From positions 1 through 57,436 of the forward strand of contig JAYEGJ010000126.1 of the NCBI GenBank assembly GCA_034658975.1: 57,436 nucleotides of DNA. Direction: 5' to 3'. Position numbers and translations under genes: made by a program. The stretch is from Actinomycetota bacterium (GTDB lineage: Bacteria; Actinomycetota; Acidimicrobiia; Spongiisociales; ZC4RG35). Each line of letters starts with the position of its first letter. Within the stretch, counting starts at the first letter, position 1. Positions 28,128 through 37,685 of this stretch are shown piece after piece. Under the pieces are notes generated by a model. That model was not told the origin of the DNA. It did not search any database and was given only the letters and a program-made list of their open reading frames with translations.

Positions 28128-29909
28128 ATGTCTGGTTTCACACCTCGTCTCGACGAGCAGAACTTCACTCTGAATCATGTCGCTGATCTGGAGAGCGTTT
28201 CCAAGCTGAATGGTTACCAGCATGCCGATCCGGCGACGGTTGCCGTGATCCTCGATGAGGCAGCCCGGTTTTTCACGGAGGTAATCGCTCCCCTGAATCG
28301 CGTCGGTGATGAGCAGGGCTCCATCCTCGAGGACGACGGAGTTGTCACACCCGATGGCTTCAAGGAGGCATATGCGAAGTGGACCGAGGCCGGATGGTCG
28401 GCCGCGGGCATGCCCGAGGAGTGGGGTGGCGGCGGTCTCCCCTACGTCGTGGCCGTTGCCATCGACGAGATGTTCCGATCCTCCAATCTCGCCTTCTCCC
28501 TGGCCGGCATGCTCACCCATGGCTCCATCCATGCCCTTGTCGCCCACGGTTCCGACGAGTTGAACAGCACCTACGTCGAGAAGCTCGTCAGCGGCCAGTG
28601 GGCCGGCACGATGAACCTCACCGAGGCGGACGCCGGGTCCGACCTGGGAGCAATCCGCTCCAAGGCGGTACTCCAGGACGACGGCTCATATCTGATCTTC
28701 GGAACGAAGGTCTTCATCACCTGGGGCGATCAGGATCTCACCGAGAACATCATTCATCTCGTCCTGGCCAGAACGCCGGACGCGCCTCCAGGCACGCGGG
28801 GCATCTCGATGTTCGTGGTCCCCAAGTTTCTCCCCGACGAGAACGGGAACCCGGGTGACCGCAACGACATCAAGGTCGTTTCCATCGAGCACAAGCTCGG
28901 GATCCATGCCTCACCTACCTGCGTGATCTCATTTGGAGACGCCGGTGAAGGGGCAGTCGGCTATCTCGTCGGCAACGAGATGGACGGCATGCGGAACATG
29001 TTCACCATGATGAACGCCGCCCGAATCGGCGTCGGCATGGAAGGGATGGCCGTGTCCGAGGCCGCGTTCCAGAAGGCCTCGACCTACGCCCATGAGCGTC
29101 TCCAGGGTCGTGCCGTCGGGTCGTCGTCCAAGGACAGTGTTGCCATCGTCGAGCACGCCGACGTACGTCGGATGCTGCTCACGATGAAGGCGAACACGGA
29201 GGCGATGCGCAGCCTTCTCTACTTCACCGCTCAGGAAGGTGACTTCGCCAAGCACTCCGAGGACGAAGAACGAGCCCGGTCGGCCAAAGACCGCCTCGCC
29301 CTGCTCACGCCGGTGGTCAAGGCCTGGTGTACCGATCTCGGAGTCGAGATGGCCTCGATCGGTCTCCAGGTGCACGGTGGCATGGGATACGTCGAGGAGA
29401 CTGGCGCCGCCCAATACCTGCGTGATGTCCGAATCACCCCGATCTACGAGGGGACCAACGGAATCCAGGCGATGGATCTGGTTGCCCGCAAGCTCACTCT
29501 CGAGAGTGGCGCCGTGCTCAGCCGCTTCATAACGGAGATGACCGACGTCTTGAAGTACATGAACGACTACGACGACCTCGGGGATTTCCGGGACGAGCTG
29601 ACCACCGCGATCCAGGGGCTGGCAGACACCTCCACCTGGCTTGGCGAGCAGCTCGCAGCAGGGAACATCGAGGACGCATTGGCCGGAGCGAGTCCTTACA
29701 TGACCCAATTCGGCACCGTTATCGGCGGCTGGCTCATGGCCAAGGCTGCGGTGGCGGCAAAGTCGGAACCGGCCGAGTTCGATGCCGATTTCCTGACCGA
29801 CAAGGTGACCACTGCCCGCTTCTACGGCGAGCACCTGCTCCCCCAGGCCAACGGTCTCATACCAACCGTCAAGGGCGGAGCCGGTCTACTCAAGAAGGCG
29901 ACGCTCTAG
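28128..29909 (+). CDS. Long-type acyl-CoA dehydrogenase
   Basis: Trimmed to ATG 28128 (MSGFTPRL...). GGMGYVEETGAAQYLRDVRITPIYEGTNGIQ and an extra C-terminal helical domain. Confidence 0.9.
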   Translation: MSGFTPRLDEQNFTLNHVADLESVSKLNGYQHADPATVAVILDEAARFFTEVIAPLNRVGDEQGSILEDDGVVTPDGFKEAYAKWTEAGWSAAGMPEEWGGGGLPYVVAVAIDEMFRSSNLAFSLAGMLTHGSIHALVAHGSDELNSTYVEKLVSGQWAGTMNLTEADAGSDLGAIRSKAVLQDDGSYLIFGTKVFITWGDQDLTENIIHLVLARTPDAPPGTRGISMFVVPKFLPDENGNPGDRNDIKVVSIEHKLGIHASPTCVISFGDAGEGAVGYLVGNEMDGMRNMFTMMNAARIGVGMEGMAVSEAAFQKASTYAHERLQGRAVGSSSKDSVAIVEHADVRRMLLTMKANTEAMRSLLYFTAQEGDFAKHSEDEERARSAKDRLALLTPVVKAWCTDLGVEMASIGLQVHGGMGYVEETGAAQYLRDVRITPIYEGTNGIQAMDLVARKLTLESGAVLSRFITEMTDVLKYMNDYDDLGDFRDELTTAIQGLADTSTWLGEQLAAGNIEDALAGASPYMTQFGTVIGGWLMAKAAVAAKSEPAEFDADFLTDKVTTARFYGEHLLPQANGLIPTVKGGAGLLKKATL

Positions 29910-29926
29910 TCCCGTAGGCTCCCCCA

Positions 29927-30697
29927 ATGGACCTGAGTGGCAAAGTGATCGTCGTGACCGGTGCCGGAAGCGGCATTGGTGAGGCCATGGCGCGTCGATT
30001 CGCAAGGGAGAGCCCGGCTGCCCTCGTTCTCGTGGATCTCAATGGCAGCGCCGCGGAGTCGGTGGCCGGAGAGCTGGGTGCCACCGCCCGGCAGATGGAT
30101 GTCTCGGATGCGGAATCGAACCGCGACCTGATCGAGTACGTCGAGGACGCCCACGGCCCGGTCGATCTCTTCTGTGCCAACGCAGGCATCGGGGTTGCCG
30201 GCGACGAGCAATCGAACCCCGAGGAGTGGGACCGCATGTGGCAGGTCAACCTCATGTCACATGTCCACGCCGCCAAGCATCTCATCCCCGGTTGGGTGGC
30301 GCGCGGCAGCGGCTACTTCCTGTCAACGGCTTCGGCCGCGGGGCTGTTGACCAATCTCAAGGCGGCCCAGTATTCGGTCACGAAGCACGCAGCGATCGCC
30401 TTCGCCGAATGGCTTGCAGTGACCTACGGCGACAAGGGTGTGAAAGTGAGCTGCCTGTGCCCGATGGGCGTCGACACCCCCTTTGTCCGGGCGGCCGAAG
30501 AATTCGAGGATCTTCTCGGACCGCATCTGATCGAACCGTCGGCGGTGGCGGATTCGGTCGTCCGGGGAATCGCCGAGGAGAGCTTCCTGATCCTGCCCCA
30601 TCCAGAGGTCGGAAAGTTCTTCCAGAACAAGGCGAACGACTACGACCGTTGGATCTCGGGAATGCAACGCCTCCAAGAATCTGTTTTCCCGGACTGA
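29927..30697 (+). CDS. Short-chain dehydrogenase/reductase (SDR)
   Basis: TGAGSGIGEA cofactor motif and the catalytic YSVTK. Confidence 0.9.
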   Translation: MDLSGKVIVVTGAGSGIGEAMARRFARESPAALVLVDLNGSAAESVAGELGATARQMDVSDAESNRDLIEYVEDAHGPVDLFCANAGIGVAGDEQSNPEEWDRMWQVNLMSHVHAAKHLIPGWVARGSGYFLSTASAAGLLTNLKAAQYSVTKHAAIAFAEWLAVTYGDKGVKVSCLCPMGVDTPFVRAAEEFEDLLGPHLIEPSAVADSVVRGIAEESFLILPHPEVGKFFQNKANDYDRWISGMQRLQESVFPD

Positions 30698-30715
30698 ATC
30701 AGGCAGAATCAGGTC

Positions 30716-31885
30716 ATGGAAAAACGGCGAGTCGTTATCACGGGCGTAGGAGCGGTCGGCGCACCCGGCATCGGGACGGATGACCTGTGGAAAGGCCTCC
30801 AGGCCGATCCCGGACCCGCACCGCGCCTGATCGAAGGATGGGACCCCGAATTGTGGCTCCCCCGCCGCGAGGCGAGGCGTCTCGACAAGTTCACGGAGTT
30901 CGCCCTTGTTTCGACTATTGAAGCCTTCGAAGACTCGGGTGAGCTCGATGTCGATCCCAACAGAGTCGGTGTCGCCATTGCCACCGGGATCGGTGGCCTC
31001 GAGTCCCTGGAGAACCTCGTCCTCGAGTCACGAGAAGACAATCCACGAGTCTCCCCCTTCCTCATCCCGATGATGATGGCCAACGCCGCCGCCGCCGCCA
31101 TCTCCATCAAGTATGGATTCGGGGGTCAGGCATCCACACCGGTCGTCGCCTGCGCCGCCGGAGCCCAATCCATCCTCGACGGCGTCAGGCAAATCCAATG
31201 GGGATACGCAGATGCCGTGGTCTCCGGCGGCACCGAAGCCGCCGCCCGGGATTCCGCACGCGCCGGTTTCAAGGCGGCGAGGGCACTCTCCCCCTCCGGA
31301 TACGCCCACCCCTTCGACCTAGACCGCGACGGTTTCGTCATGGGCGAAGGGGCGGCAATCCTGATTCTCGAGGCGGAAGAAACCGCACTGGCACGGGGGG
31401 CGACTCCACTCGCCGAGGTCCTCGGCGGGGCATCCACTGCCGACGCCTACCACGTCACGGCACCGCACCCCGAGGGTGACGGAGCCGAGCGGGCCATCAG
31501 GTTGGCCCTCGAAGACAGCAGCCTCGCCCCTTCGGATATCGCCTATATCAACGCCCACGGGACAGGCACCGAACTCAATGATCGAACCGAGGGGGCCGTC
31601 ATCCAGAGAATCTTCGGTGACGACCAACCCGCCGTGTCTTCTATCAAGGGAACGACGGGGCATGGCCTGGGTGCGTCGGGCTCTATCGAGGCAGCCGTTG
31701 TCGTCGAGGCCATCCGGCGCAAGGAACTCCCGCCAAACGTGGGGCTGGTCAATCAGGACCCGGAGATCCCGCTGAACGATATCGTGAGGAAGCCCCGCGC
31801 CTGGGAGCCCGGGCCGGTCGTGTCCAACTCCTTCGGCTTTGGTGGCCACAACACCGTCCTGGTAATCGGGCCGATAGCCCGCTGA
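30716..31885 (+). CDS. fabF: Beta-ketoacyl-ACP synthase II-like condensing enzyme
   Basis: Active-site Cys (VVACAAGAQ), HGTGT, GHGLGASG, FGFGGHN. Confidence 0.85.
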   Translation: MEKRRVVITGVGAVGAPGIGTDDLWKGLQADPGPAPRLIEGWDPELWLPRREARRLDKFTEFALVSTIEAFEDSGELDVDPNRVGVAIATGIGGLESLENLVLESREDNPRVSPFLIPMMMANAAAAAISIKYGFGGQASTPVVACAAGAQSILDGVRQIQWGYADAVVSGGTEAAARDSARAGFKAARALSPSGYAHPFDLDRDGFVMGEGAAILILEAEETALARGATPLAEVLGGASTADAYHVTAPHPEGDGAERAIRLALEDSSLAPSDIAYINAHGTGTELNDRTEGAVIQRIFGDDQPAVSSIKGTTGHGLGASGSIEAAVVVEAIRRKELPPNVGLVNQDPEIPLNDIVRKPRAWEPGPVVSNSFGFGGHNTVLVIGPIAR

Positions 31886-31911
31886 CCCCAAACGCGCGGT
31901 ATCCTCGTAAA

Positions 31912-32010
31912 GACGGGAGCTCGGTGACACCGGGCTGAGAGGGAGCCTTGGAGGCTCCGACCGATCGAACCTGAACCCGGATAATGCCGGCGCAGGGACT
32001 CAGCTCTCAT
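31912..32010 (+). ncRNA. TPP (THI-box) riboswitch
   Basis: Conserved gggctgaga ... cgaacctgaacccggataatgccggcgcaggga core, with P1 pairing gagct (31917)/agctc (32002). It lies directly upstream of a thiamine ABC transporter operon. Boundaries are approximate. Confidence 0.8.
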
Positions 32011-32032
32011 CGCTCCCCGAGAAGAGGAGAAG

Positions 32033-33082
32033 ATGAGACATCCAATCAAGGCAGTTTGCCTGATCGTCGCCCTGGGACTCGTCGGCGCCGCATGTGGCGG
32101 GCCCGAGGACACCGAAACGCCAGAGACACTGACCCTCATCGCTCACGATTCATTCGTTGGCGCCATCACCGACGAGACGTTTGCTGCGTTCACCGAGGAG
32201 ACCGGGATCGAAGTCGAGGTTCTCGCCGCCGGAGACGCGGGAGCGATGGTCAATCAGGCGGTCCTCACCAAGGACAATCCCCTCGCCGACGTCCTGTTCG
32301 GCGTCGACGACACCTTCCTGTCCAGAGCTCTCTCCGAGGAGATCTTCCTCGCCCACAAGGCCCGTGACCTGGGCAAGGTTGACCGGGACCTTCGCCATCC
32401 GGACAATCTGGTGACACCCATCGACTTCGGCGACGTGTGCATCAACTACGACAAGGAATGGTTCGACAATACGGGCACCGTGGTGCCCGACGACCTCGAC
32501 GATCTCCGAGCGAGCCTCTATGCAATGAGCTTCACCGTTGAGCACCCGGCGACGTCTTCACCCGGGCTCGCCTTCATGCTCGCCACCATCGACGTTTTTG
32601 GCGAAGAGGGATGGCTCGACTGGTGGGGGGACATGAAGAAGGGGGGCATCAACGTGACCTCGGACTGGACCACGGCCTACTACGCGGACTTCGCCAGACA
32701 CGGCGGGTCGAGTGCCATGGTCGTCTCCTACGCCTCCTCACCGCCGGCCGAAGTGATCTTCTCGGAGGTGCCAATCGACACCGCACCGACGGGCGTCATC
32801 GACGCCGGCTGCTACCGCCAGGTGGAGTACGCCGGGATCCTTGCCGGTACCCCCTATCCGGGATCGGCCGGTCAACTGGTCGATTTCCTCCTGTCGAAGG
32901 ATTTTCAGGAGACCATCCCACTCAACTGGTTCGTGTATCCGGCCAACGGTGACGCCGAACTGCCCCAGGAGTTCGTCGAGCACACCTCACTTCCCGAGAG
33001 CCCAACCCGGTTCGACGCGGAGTACATAGCCGAGAACCGCGACCGCTGGATCGATGAGTGGATCGAGGTGATGGGGAACTGA
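32033..33082 (+). CDS. thiB: Thiamine/TPP-binding ABC transporter lipoprotein
   Basis: 349 aa. Lipobox GAAC and an SBP fold. Context is the TPP riboswitch upstream and ThiP/ThiQ downstream. Confidence 0.8.
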   Translation: MRHPIKAVCLIVALGLVGAACGGPEDTETPETLTLIAHDSFVGAITDETFAAFTEETGIEVEVLAAGDAGAMVNQAVLTKDNPLADVLFGVDDTFLSRALSEEIFLAHKARDLGKVDRDLRHPDNLVTPIDFGDVCINYDKEWFDNTGTVVPDDLDDLRASLYAMSFTVEHPATSSPGLAFMLATIDVFGEEGWLDWWGDMKKGGINVTSDWTTAYYADFARHGGSSAMVVSYASSPPAEVIFSEVPIDTAPTGVIDAGCYRQVEYAGILAGTPYPGSAGQLVDFLLSKDFQETIPLNWFVYPANGDAELPQEFVEHTSLPESPTRFDAEYIAENRDRWIDEWIEVMGN

Positions 33083-34632
33083 TGAGGAAGACCCGGTGGG
33101 GCTGGGTGGCGGTCGCCGCCGTCCCGACGATCTTCCTCGGCTACTTCTTCGCCTACCCGGTCGCTCGCATCCTCGGTCTGGGGCTGTCAGAGATCGACAT
33201 CGGGTCGAGCGGTCTCGAAGCGCGGCTGATTCGGGTCGGCTGGTTCACGTTTTGGCAGGCAGGCGTCTCGACGGTGCTGACGATTCTGATGGCGGCCCCT
33301 CTCACCTGGGCCGTTTCGAGCCATGATTTTCCCGGCCGACGGCTGGCAACAGCGTTCGTGACTGTGCCGTTCGTCTTGCCGACTGTGGTGGTGGGCACGG
33401 CCTTTCTCGCACTCGGCTTCTCCGAGTCGCTGGGGGCGATCCTTGCGGCGCACGTGTTCTTCAATGTGGCCGTTGTTGTGAGAACCGTCTCGACTCTCTG
33501 GTCGAGGATCGATCCCAAACTCCACGAGGCGGCCCGTACCCTCGGCGCATCCGATTGGAGCGTCTTTCGCACCATCACCCTCCCGCTCCTCCGACCGGCG
33601 ATAGCGGCGGCGGCCTCGATCGTGTTCCTCTTCACATTCACCTCCTTCGGTGTGGTGCTGATCCTCGGAGGATTCCGGTACGCGACCCTGGAGGTGGAGA
33701 TCTACAGACAGGCGGTCAACCTGTTCGACCTCCCGCTGGCGGCCGCCCTGGCGGTCGTCCAGATGGTCGGCGTTACCTCCGCCCTCTACCTGTACTCCCG
33801 CTACCAGGAACGTCACTCGGTGTCCTGGACCCTGGATTCGAGCGCCACCCTTCCCCGGCCTGTTGGGAAGGCACGCGTCTGGGTCGCCCTGGCGGTCATC
33901 CCCACCATGGCCATGCTCGCCGCTCCACTCGCTTCTCTGGTTGCCGGGTCCCTGGGCGGGCGGTTCTATGTCTCGCTTCTCACCAACGACCCGGTAGTGG
34001 GCAACCCGGGCTCTGCCATCGCCAACAGCCTCCTCTTCGCCACAGTCGCAACAGTGATCGCCACCACCGTCGGCCTGATGGCCGCGGTCCTGATCACCAG
34101 ACGGTCGGGCGGGTTGTCGAGGTGGTTCGACCTCACGTTGATGCTTCCCCTGGGGACGTCGGCGGTGACGATCGGATTCGGGTTCATCGTCGCCCTCGAT
34201 TGGCCTGTGGACCTGCGCACATCACTCTGGCTGGTGCCGATCGCCCACGCGCTGGTTGCCATTCCTTTCGTCGTGCGAGCAACGGTGCCCACCCTCCGGG
34301 CGATTCCACCCGAGCTGCGGCAATCGGCGTCGGTGTTGGGGGCGTCGCCCGCCCGTGTTTGGCGCGAGATCGACCTCCCCATCGTGGCGCGGGCTGCGGC
34401 GGTCGGAGCCGGATTCGCCATCGCCGTCTCGCTCGGGGAGTTCGGGGCGACATCGTTCATCGCACGTCCCAACACCGTGACCATCCCCACGATGATCTTT
34501 CGGCTCCTGGGTCGTCCGGGCGAAACCTCCTTCGGGATGGCAATGGCATTGGCGGTCGTTCTCGCCGTCCTGGTCACTGCGGTCGTTCTTTGGATCGACC
34601 GTGCCAGCGTCGGAGAGGTGGGTCGGTTCTGA
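33082..34632 (+). CDS. thiP: Thiamine ABC transporter permease (duplicated 6-TM, ThiP-type)
   Basis: Trimmed to ATG 33082, which overlaps the thiB TGA. About 516 aa with two permease repeats. Confidence 0.85.
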   Translation: MRKTRWGWVAVAAVPTIFLGYFFAYPVARILGLGLSEIDIGSSGLEARLIRVGWFTFWQAGVSTVLTILMAAPLTWAVSSHDFPGRRLATAFVTVPFVLPTVVVGTAFLALGFSESLGAILAAHVFFNVAVVVRTVSTLWSRIDPKLHEAARTLGASDWSVFRTITLPLLRPAIAAAASIVFLFTFTSFGVVLILGGFRYATLEVEIYRQAVNLFDLPLAAALAVVQMVGVTSALYLYSRYQERHSVSWTLDSSATLPRPVGKARVWVALAVIPTMAMLAAPLASLVAGSLGGRFYVSLLTNDPVVGNPGSAIANSLLFATVATVIATTVGLMAAVLITRRSGGLSRWFDLTLMLPLGTSAVTIGFGFIVALDWPVDLRTSLWLVPIAHALVAIPFVVRATVPTLRAIPPELRQSASVLGASPARVWREIDLPIVARAAAVGAGFAIAVSLGEFGATSFIARPNTVTIPTMIFRLLGRPGETSFGMAMALAVVLAVLVTAVVLWIDRASVGEVGRF

Positions 34633-35327
34633 TGCTGTCGGTCGAGCGGATCAACGTCTCTCTCGACGGGTACGAGACCCTGGTGGATGCATCCCTCAGG
34701 CTGGACGACGGCGAGATCGTCAGCGTCCTCGGGCCTTCGGGAGCGGGCAAGACCACCCTTCTTCGGGCCATTGCCGGTCTTGTGGAGGTTTCCTCGGGGA
34801 GTGTGATCTGGGATGGACAATCGGTCATGGACATTCCAACCCACCAACGAGGCTTTGGCCTGATGTTCCAGGGGTACGCCCTCTTCCCGCATCTCGACGT
34901 GGCCGGGAACATCGGCTTCGGGCTGAGGATGGCCGGCCAGCGAGAGACCGGTGCGACGGTGTCCCACGTTTTGGAACTGGTGGGCCTCGGCGGGTTCGAA
35001 GACAGGGCCATCGACTCCCTGTCAGGAGGCGAGCAGCAACGGGTCGCTTTGGCTCGCACCCTCGCCCCGAATCCGAAGCTGGTGATGCTCGACGAGCCGC
35101 TCGGTGCCCTCGACCGCAACATCCGCCGGCAATTGGTCGACGAGACGAGAGCGACACTCGTAGAGAGAGGTGTCACTGCCGTCGTCGTCACCCACGATCG
35201 CGACGAGGCCGTGGCCCTCGGTGATCGGCTCGCCTTGATGCGCGACGGCAGGGTGGTTCAGACCGGGACCCTCGACCAGATCCTGGCCGACCCGGCTGAC
35301 CCCTGGGTTGGCGAGTTCCTCGCCTGA
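34632..35327 (+). CDS. thiQ: Thiamine ABC transporter ATP-binding protein
   Basis: In-frame ATG at 34632 overlapping the thiP stop (ATGA). Walker A GPSGAGKTT, signature LSGGEQQRV, Walker B LVMLDEP. Confidence 0.85.
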   Translation: MLSVERINVSLDGYETLVDASLRLDDGEIVSVLGPSGAGKTTLLRAIAGLVEVSSGSVIWDGQSVMDIPTHQRGFGLMFQGYALFPHLDVAGNIGFGLRMAGQRETGATVSHVLELVGLGGFEDRAIDSLSGGEQQRVALARTLAPNPKLVMLDEPLGALDRNIRRQLVDETRATLVERGVTAVVVTHDRDEAVALGDRLALMRDGRVVQTGTLDQILADPADPWVGEFLA

Positions 35328-35341
35328 GCGCAAGCCACACA

Positions 35342-35371
35342 GAAGACCCCCTTCGTGAGAAGGGGGTCTTC
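35342..35371. terminator. Bidirectional hairpin terminator
   Basis: Perfect 13-bp stem gaagacccccttc / gaagggggtcttc with a gtga loop, between convergent thiQ and 35402..36052. Confidence 0.7.
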
Positions 35372-35401
35372 CTACCTGGGCTAGGTGAGGAGTGGAGTGC
35401 C

Positions 35402-36052
35402 CTAGGCGTCCGGGGTATCTGCCTGGCTGTCAGTCATTGACTGCTGCCGCAGTTCCCGGAGTTCTTCAAGAGTGATGAGTCCATCGCCGTCGAGCAGTTC
35501 TTCGACCTCGGCGGTCTTCAGGGGATGGTCGTCCCCGAGGGCCGCGTACTCATCGGCGTCGATGCCGCCATCGTCGAGGAGGGCGCCGAAGCGTGCCCCT
35601 CGCTTGAAATCATGCCGTCTGGGATGACGGAACTCGCCAAGCTCCTCCTTGGTGAGCTCGCCGTCTTCCCATGCCTCGTCGAGACGGTCACCGAATAGCG
35701 GGTGATCTTCGGGAAGATCCGAAACTTCGTCCTCGGTGATCACGCCGTCTTCGAGCGCTGCCTCGATTATCTCGCGCTGGGCCTCACGCTCGGCCCTGAT
35801 TTCGCCTGCCTTGGCTTCGACCGCGTTCAGCACCGCATCGGCATCGGCCTGTTCGATTGTTCCTTCGCTGACGAGGTCGGAGAGGACATCGCCGAGAAAC
35901 TCCATGCCGCGGCCCATGAGGCCCTGCTCCTCCGGCGCGTCGGTCTCTTCCTGCGCCGAGGCGACGCTTGGCGAAGAGACGATCGTGGTTATGAATCCCG
36001 CGCCGACGAGTAGGCCTCCGGCGACGAGGGCAGCAATGACCTTGCTACGCAT
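35402..36052 (-). CDS. Secreted/anchored acidic EF-hand-like repeat protein
   Basis: 216 aa. N-terminal signal/TM (VIAALVAGGLLVGAGFITTIV). One canonical-looking EF-hand loop DGDGLITLEEL and degenerate repeats (EDGVITEDEV, EDGELTKEEL). Confidence 0.6.
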   Translation of the reverse strand: MRSKVIAALVAGGLLVGAGFITTIVSSPSVASAQEETDAPEEQGLMGRGMEFLGDVLSDLVSEGTIEQADADAVLNAVEAKAGEIRAEREAQREIIEAALEDGVITEDEVSDLPEDHPLFGDRLDEAWEDGELTKEELGEFRHPRRHDFKRGARFGALLDDGGIDADEYAALGDDHPLKTAEVEELLDGDGLITLEELRELRQQSMTDSQADTPDA

Positions 36053-36150
36053 TTTCTGGCTCCTTATTCCTGGCTGTTCGAGGACCAGTATCCGAGGGAG
36101 TTGTTAGAGAGCGGTGAAGCGGCGGTGAGGATGTTGCGCCTCTTTCGCAT

Positions 36151-36193
36151 CGGTGTGCAATCCGTCGGCCTCAGCCCGACGCGTTGCACACCG
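36151..36193. terminator. Hairpin downstream of the thioesterase gene
   Basis: 10-bp outer stem cggtgtgcaa / ttgcacaccg plus inner cgtcgg / ccgacg. No U-tract. Confidence 0.4.
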
Positions 36194-36205
36194 GTCGACG
36201 GTGGC

Positions 36206-36619
36206 CTACCTGAACAGCTCGAGAAAGGCGTCCGGTGTGCGCCGCGGCTTCCCGGCGAGGTCGGTCGCCGCAAACGTGACGGCAAGCCGGGCAACCTCAG
36301 CGTCGTCGGTAGACATGCGCTGCTGCCAGGTCGACTTCACCCTGCCCACCTGATCGACCCAGGTGTTGATCTCCAACTCCTGTCCGTAGGTGGCGGCCGA
36401 CAGGAACCGGGCATGTATCTCGACCACCACGAACTGGAGGCCGCGCTCCTTCAAGACGTCGAGCCCCCAGCCGATCTCGGACAGATACTCGATACGAGCG
36501 GTTTCGAAGTAGCCGAAGTAGTTGGTGTGATTCACATGGTCGTAGGGGTCCAGTTCGTAGAACCGAACCTTCAGCGACGTTGTGTGGACTTCACGATCAT
36601 TGGGCAGCTCGACGGCCAT
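36206..36619 (-). CDS. Acyl-CoA thioesterase, hotdog fold (4HBT/YbgC-like)
   Basis: 137 aa. VRFYELDPYDHVNHTNYFGYFE motif. Confidence 0.85.
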   Translation of the reverse strand: MAVELPNDREVHTTSLKVRFYELDPYDHVNHTNYFGYFETARIEYLSEIGWGLDVLKERGLQFVVVEIHARFLSAATYGQELEINTWVDQVGRVKSTWQQRMSTDDAEVARLAVTFAATDLAGKPRRTPDAFLELFR

Positions 36620-36662
36620 TCACTCTCCAGACGGGCCTTGACTCAACGCTACTCTTGCCACG

Positions 36663-37679
36663 ATGAAGGCCTGGCAGATAACCGACACCAATGGAATCGA
36701 CTCCTACGTCCTCAACGACGTGCCCACGCCGGAGCCGGGCCCGGGCGAGGTGCGGGTCAAGATCAAGACGGCGGGACTGAACCACCTCGACCTCTGGGTG
36801 TCGATGGGTCTCCCCGCCCCCAAAGAGTTCCCGCACACGGGTGGGGCGGATGCGGCCGGCGTGATCGACGCCGTGGGCAAGGGGGTGGCCGGATTCGAGA
36901 TCGGCGACGAGATCATCGTCGACCCTTCCATCTCGTGTGGCACCTGCGACTTCTGCCTCAACGACGACGTCGTCTATTGCAGGTCTTTCAAGATCCTCGG
37001 CGAGCATCTTCCCGGGACCTTCGCCGAGTCTGTGGTCATCCCCACCATCAACGCCGTCCGCAAGCCGAAGGCCCTGTCGTGGGAGGTCGCCGGATCATTC
37101 GGACTCGCCACCGTGACGGCCTTGCGGATGCTCGAGAAGGGTCGGTTGCTGAGGGGTGAGACGGTTCTGGTCGTCGGGGTCGGCGGGGGTGTCTCTTCGG
37201 CCGCCATGTCGCTGGCGCAGGCCTTGGGGGCCAAGGTGTATGTCACCTCAAGATCACCTGAGAAGATCGCCTGGGCCGTCGACAACGGTGCGATCGCCGG
37301 CTTCGACTCCGCAGGGGAATTCGGCAAGGAGATGACGGCCGTCGGCGGAGCCGACCTGGTCATCGAGAACGTCGGGCCAGCAACCATGTCCCAGTCGATG
37401 CGCGCGGCCAAGCCGGGTGGACGCATCGCCATCTGCGGTTCGACCAGCGGCGCCAAACTCGACCTGACCCTCCCCGTCCTCTTCTTCAAGCAGCTCGAAC
37501 TGATCGGATCGTCGATGGGGACACACTCCCAATTCGCCCGGGCCACCAACTGGCTGCGGTTGGGCAAGGCTCATTCCGCGGTTGCGAGAGTCTTCGATTT
37601 CTCCGAACTCCCTGACGCTCTCCGGTATCTCGAGTCGGGTTCTCAAGTTGGCAATGTTGCGCTCAGTCACACAGACTGA
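36663..37679 (+). CDS. Zinc-type alcohol dehydrogenase/quinone oxidoreductase (MDR family)
   Basis: 338 aa. GroES-like N-domain and a Rossmann motif VVGVGGGVSSAA. Confidence 0.9.
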   Translation: MKAWQITDTNGIDSYVLNDVPTPEPGPGEVRVKIKTAGLNHLDLWVSMGLPAPKEFPHTGGADAAGVIDAVGKGVAGFEIGDEIIVDPSISCGTCDFCLNDDVVYCRSFKILGEHLPGTFAESVVIPTINAVRKPKALSWEVAGSFGLATVTALRMLEKGRLLRGETVLVVGVGGGVSSAAMSLAQALGAKVYVTSRSPEKIAWAVDNGAIAGFDSAGEFGKEMTAVGGADLVIENVGPATMSQSMRAAKPGGRIAICGSTSGAKLDLTLPVLFFKQLELIGSSMGTHSQFARATNWLRLGKAHSAVARVFDFSELPDALRYLESGSQVGNVALSHTD

Positions 37680-37685
37680 GCCCCG

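Noticed and set aside
33555-34631. N-terminal 359 codons of the 590-aa ORF 33555..35327
   Set aside because: It is an off-frame read over the thiP permease gene (R/P/G-rich). Only the part from ATG 34632 has ABC ATPase motifs.
36101-37159. 352-aa plus-strand ORF, and similar long ORFs such as 39094..40140 (-), 8673..9629 (-) and 11739..12533 (-)
   Set aside because: All overlap strongly supported genes in other frames or strands and are R/G/P-rich shadow ORFs expected at this GC content.
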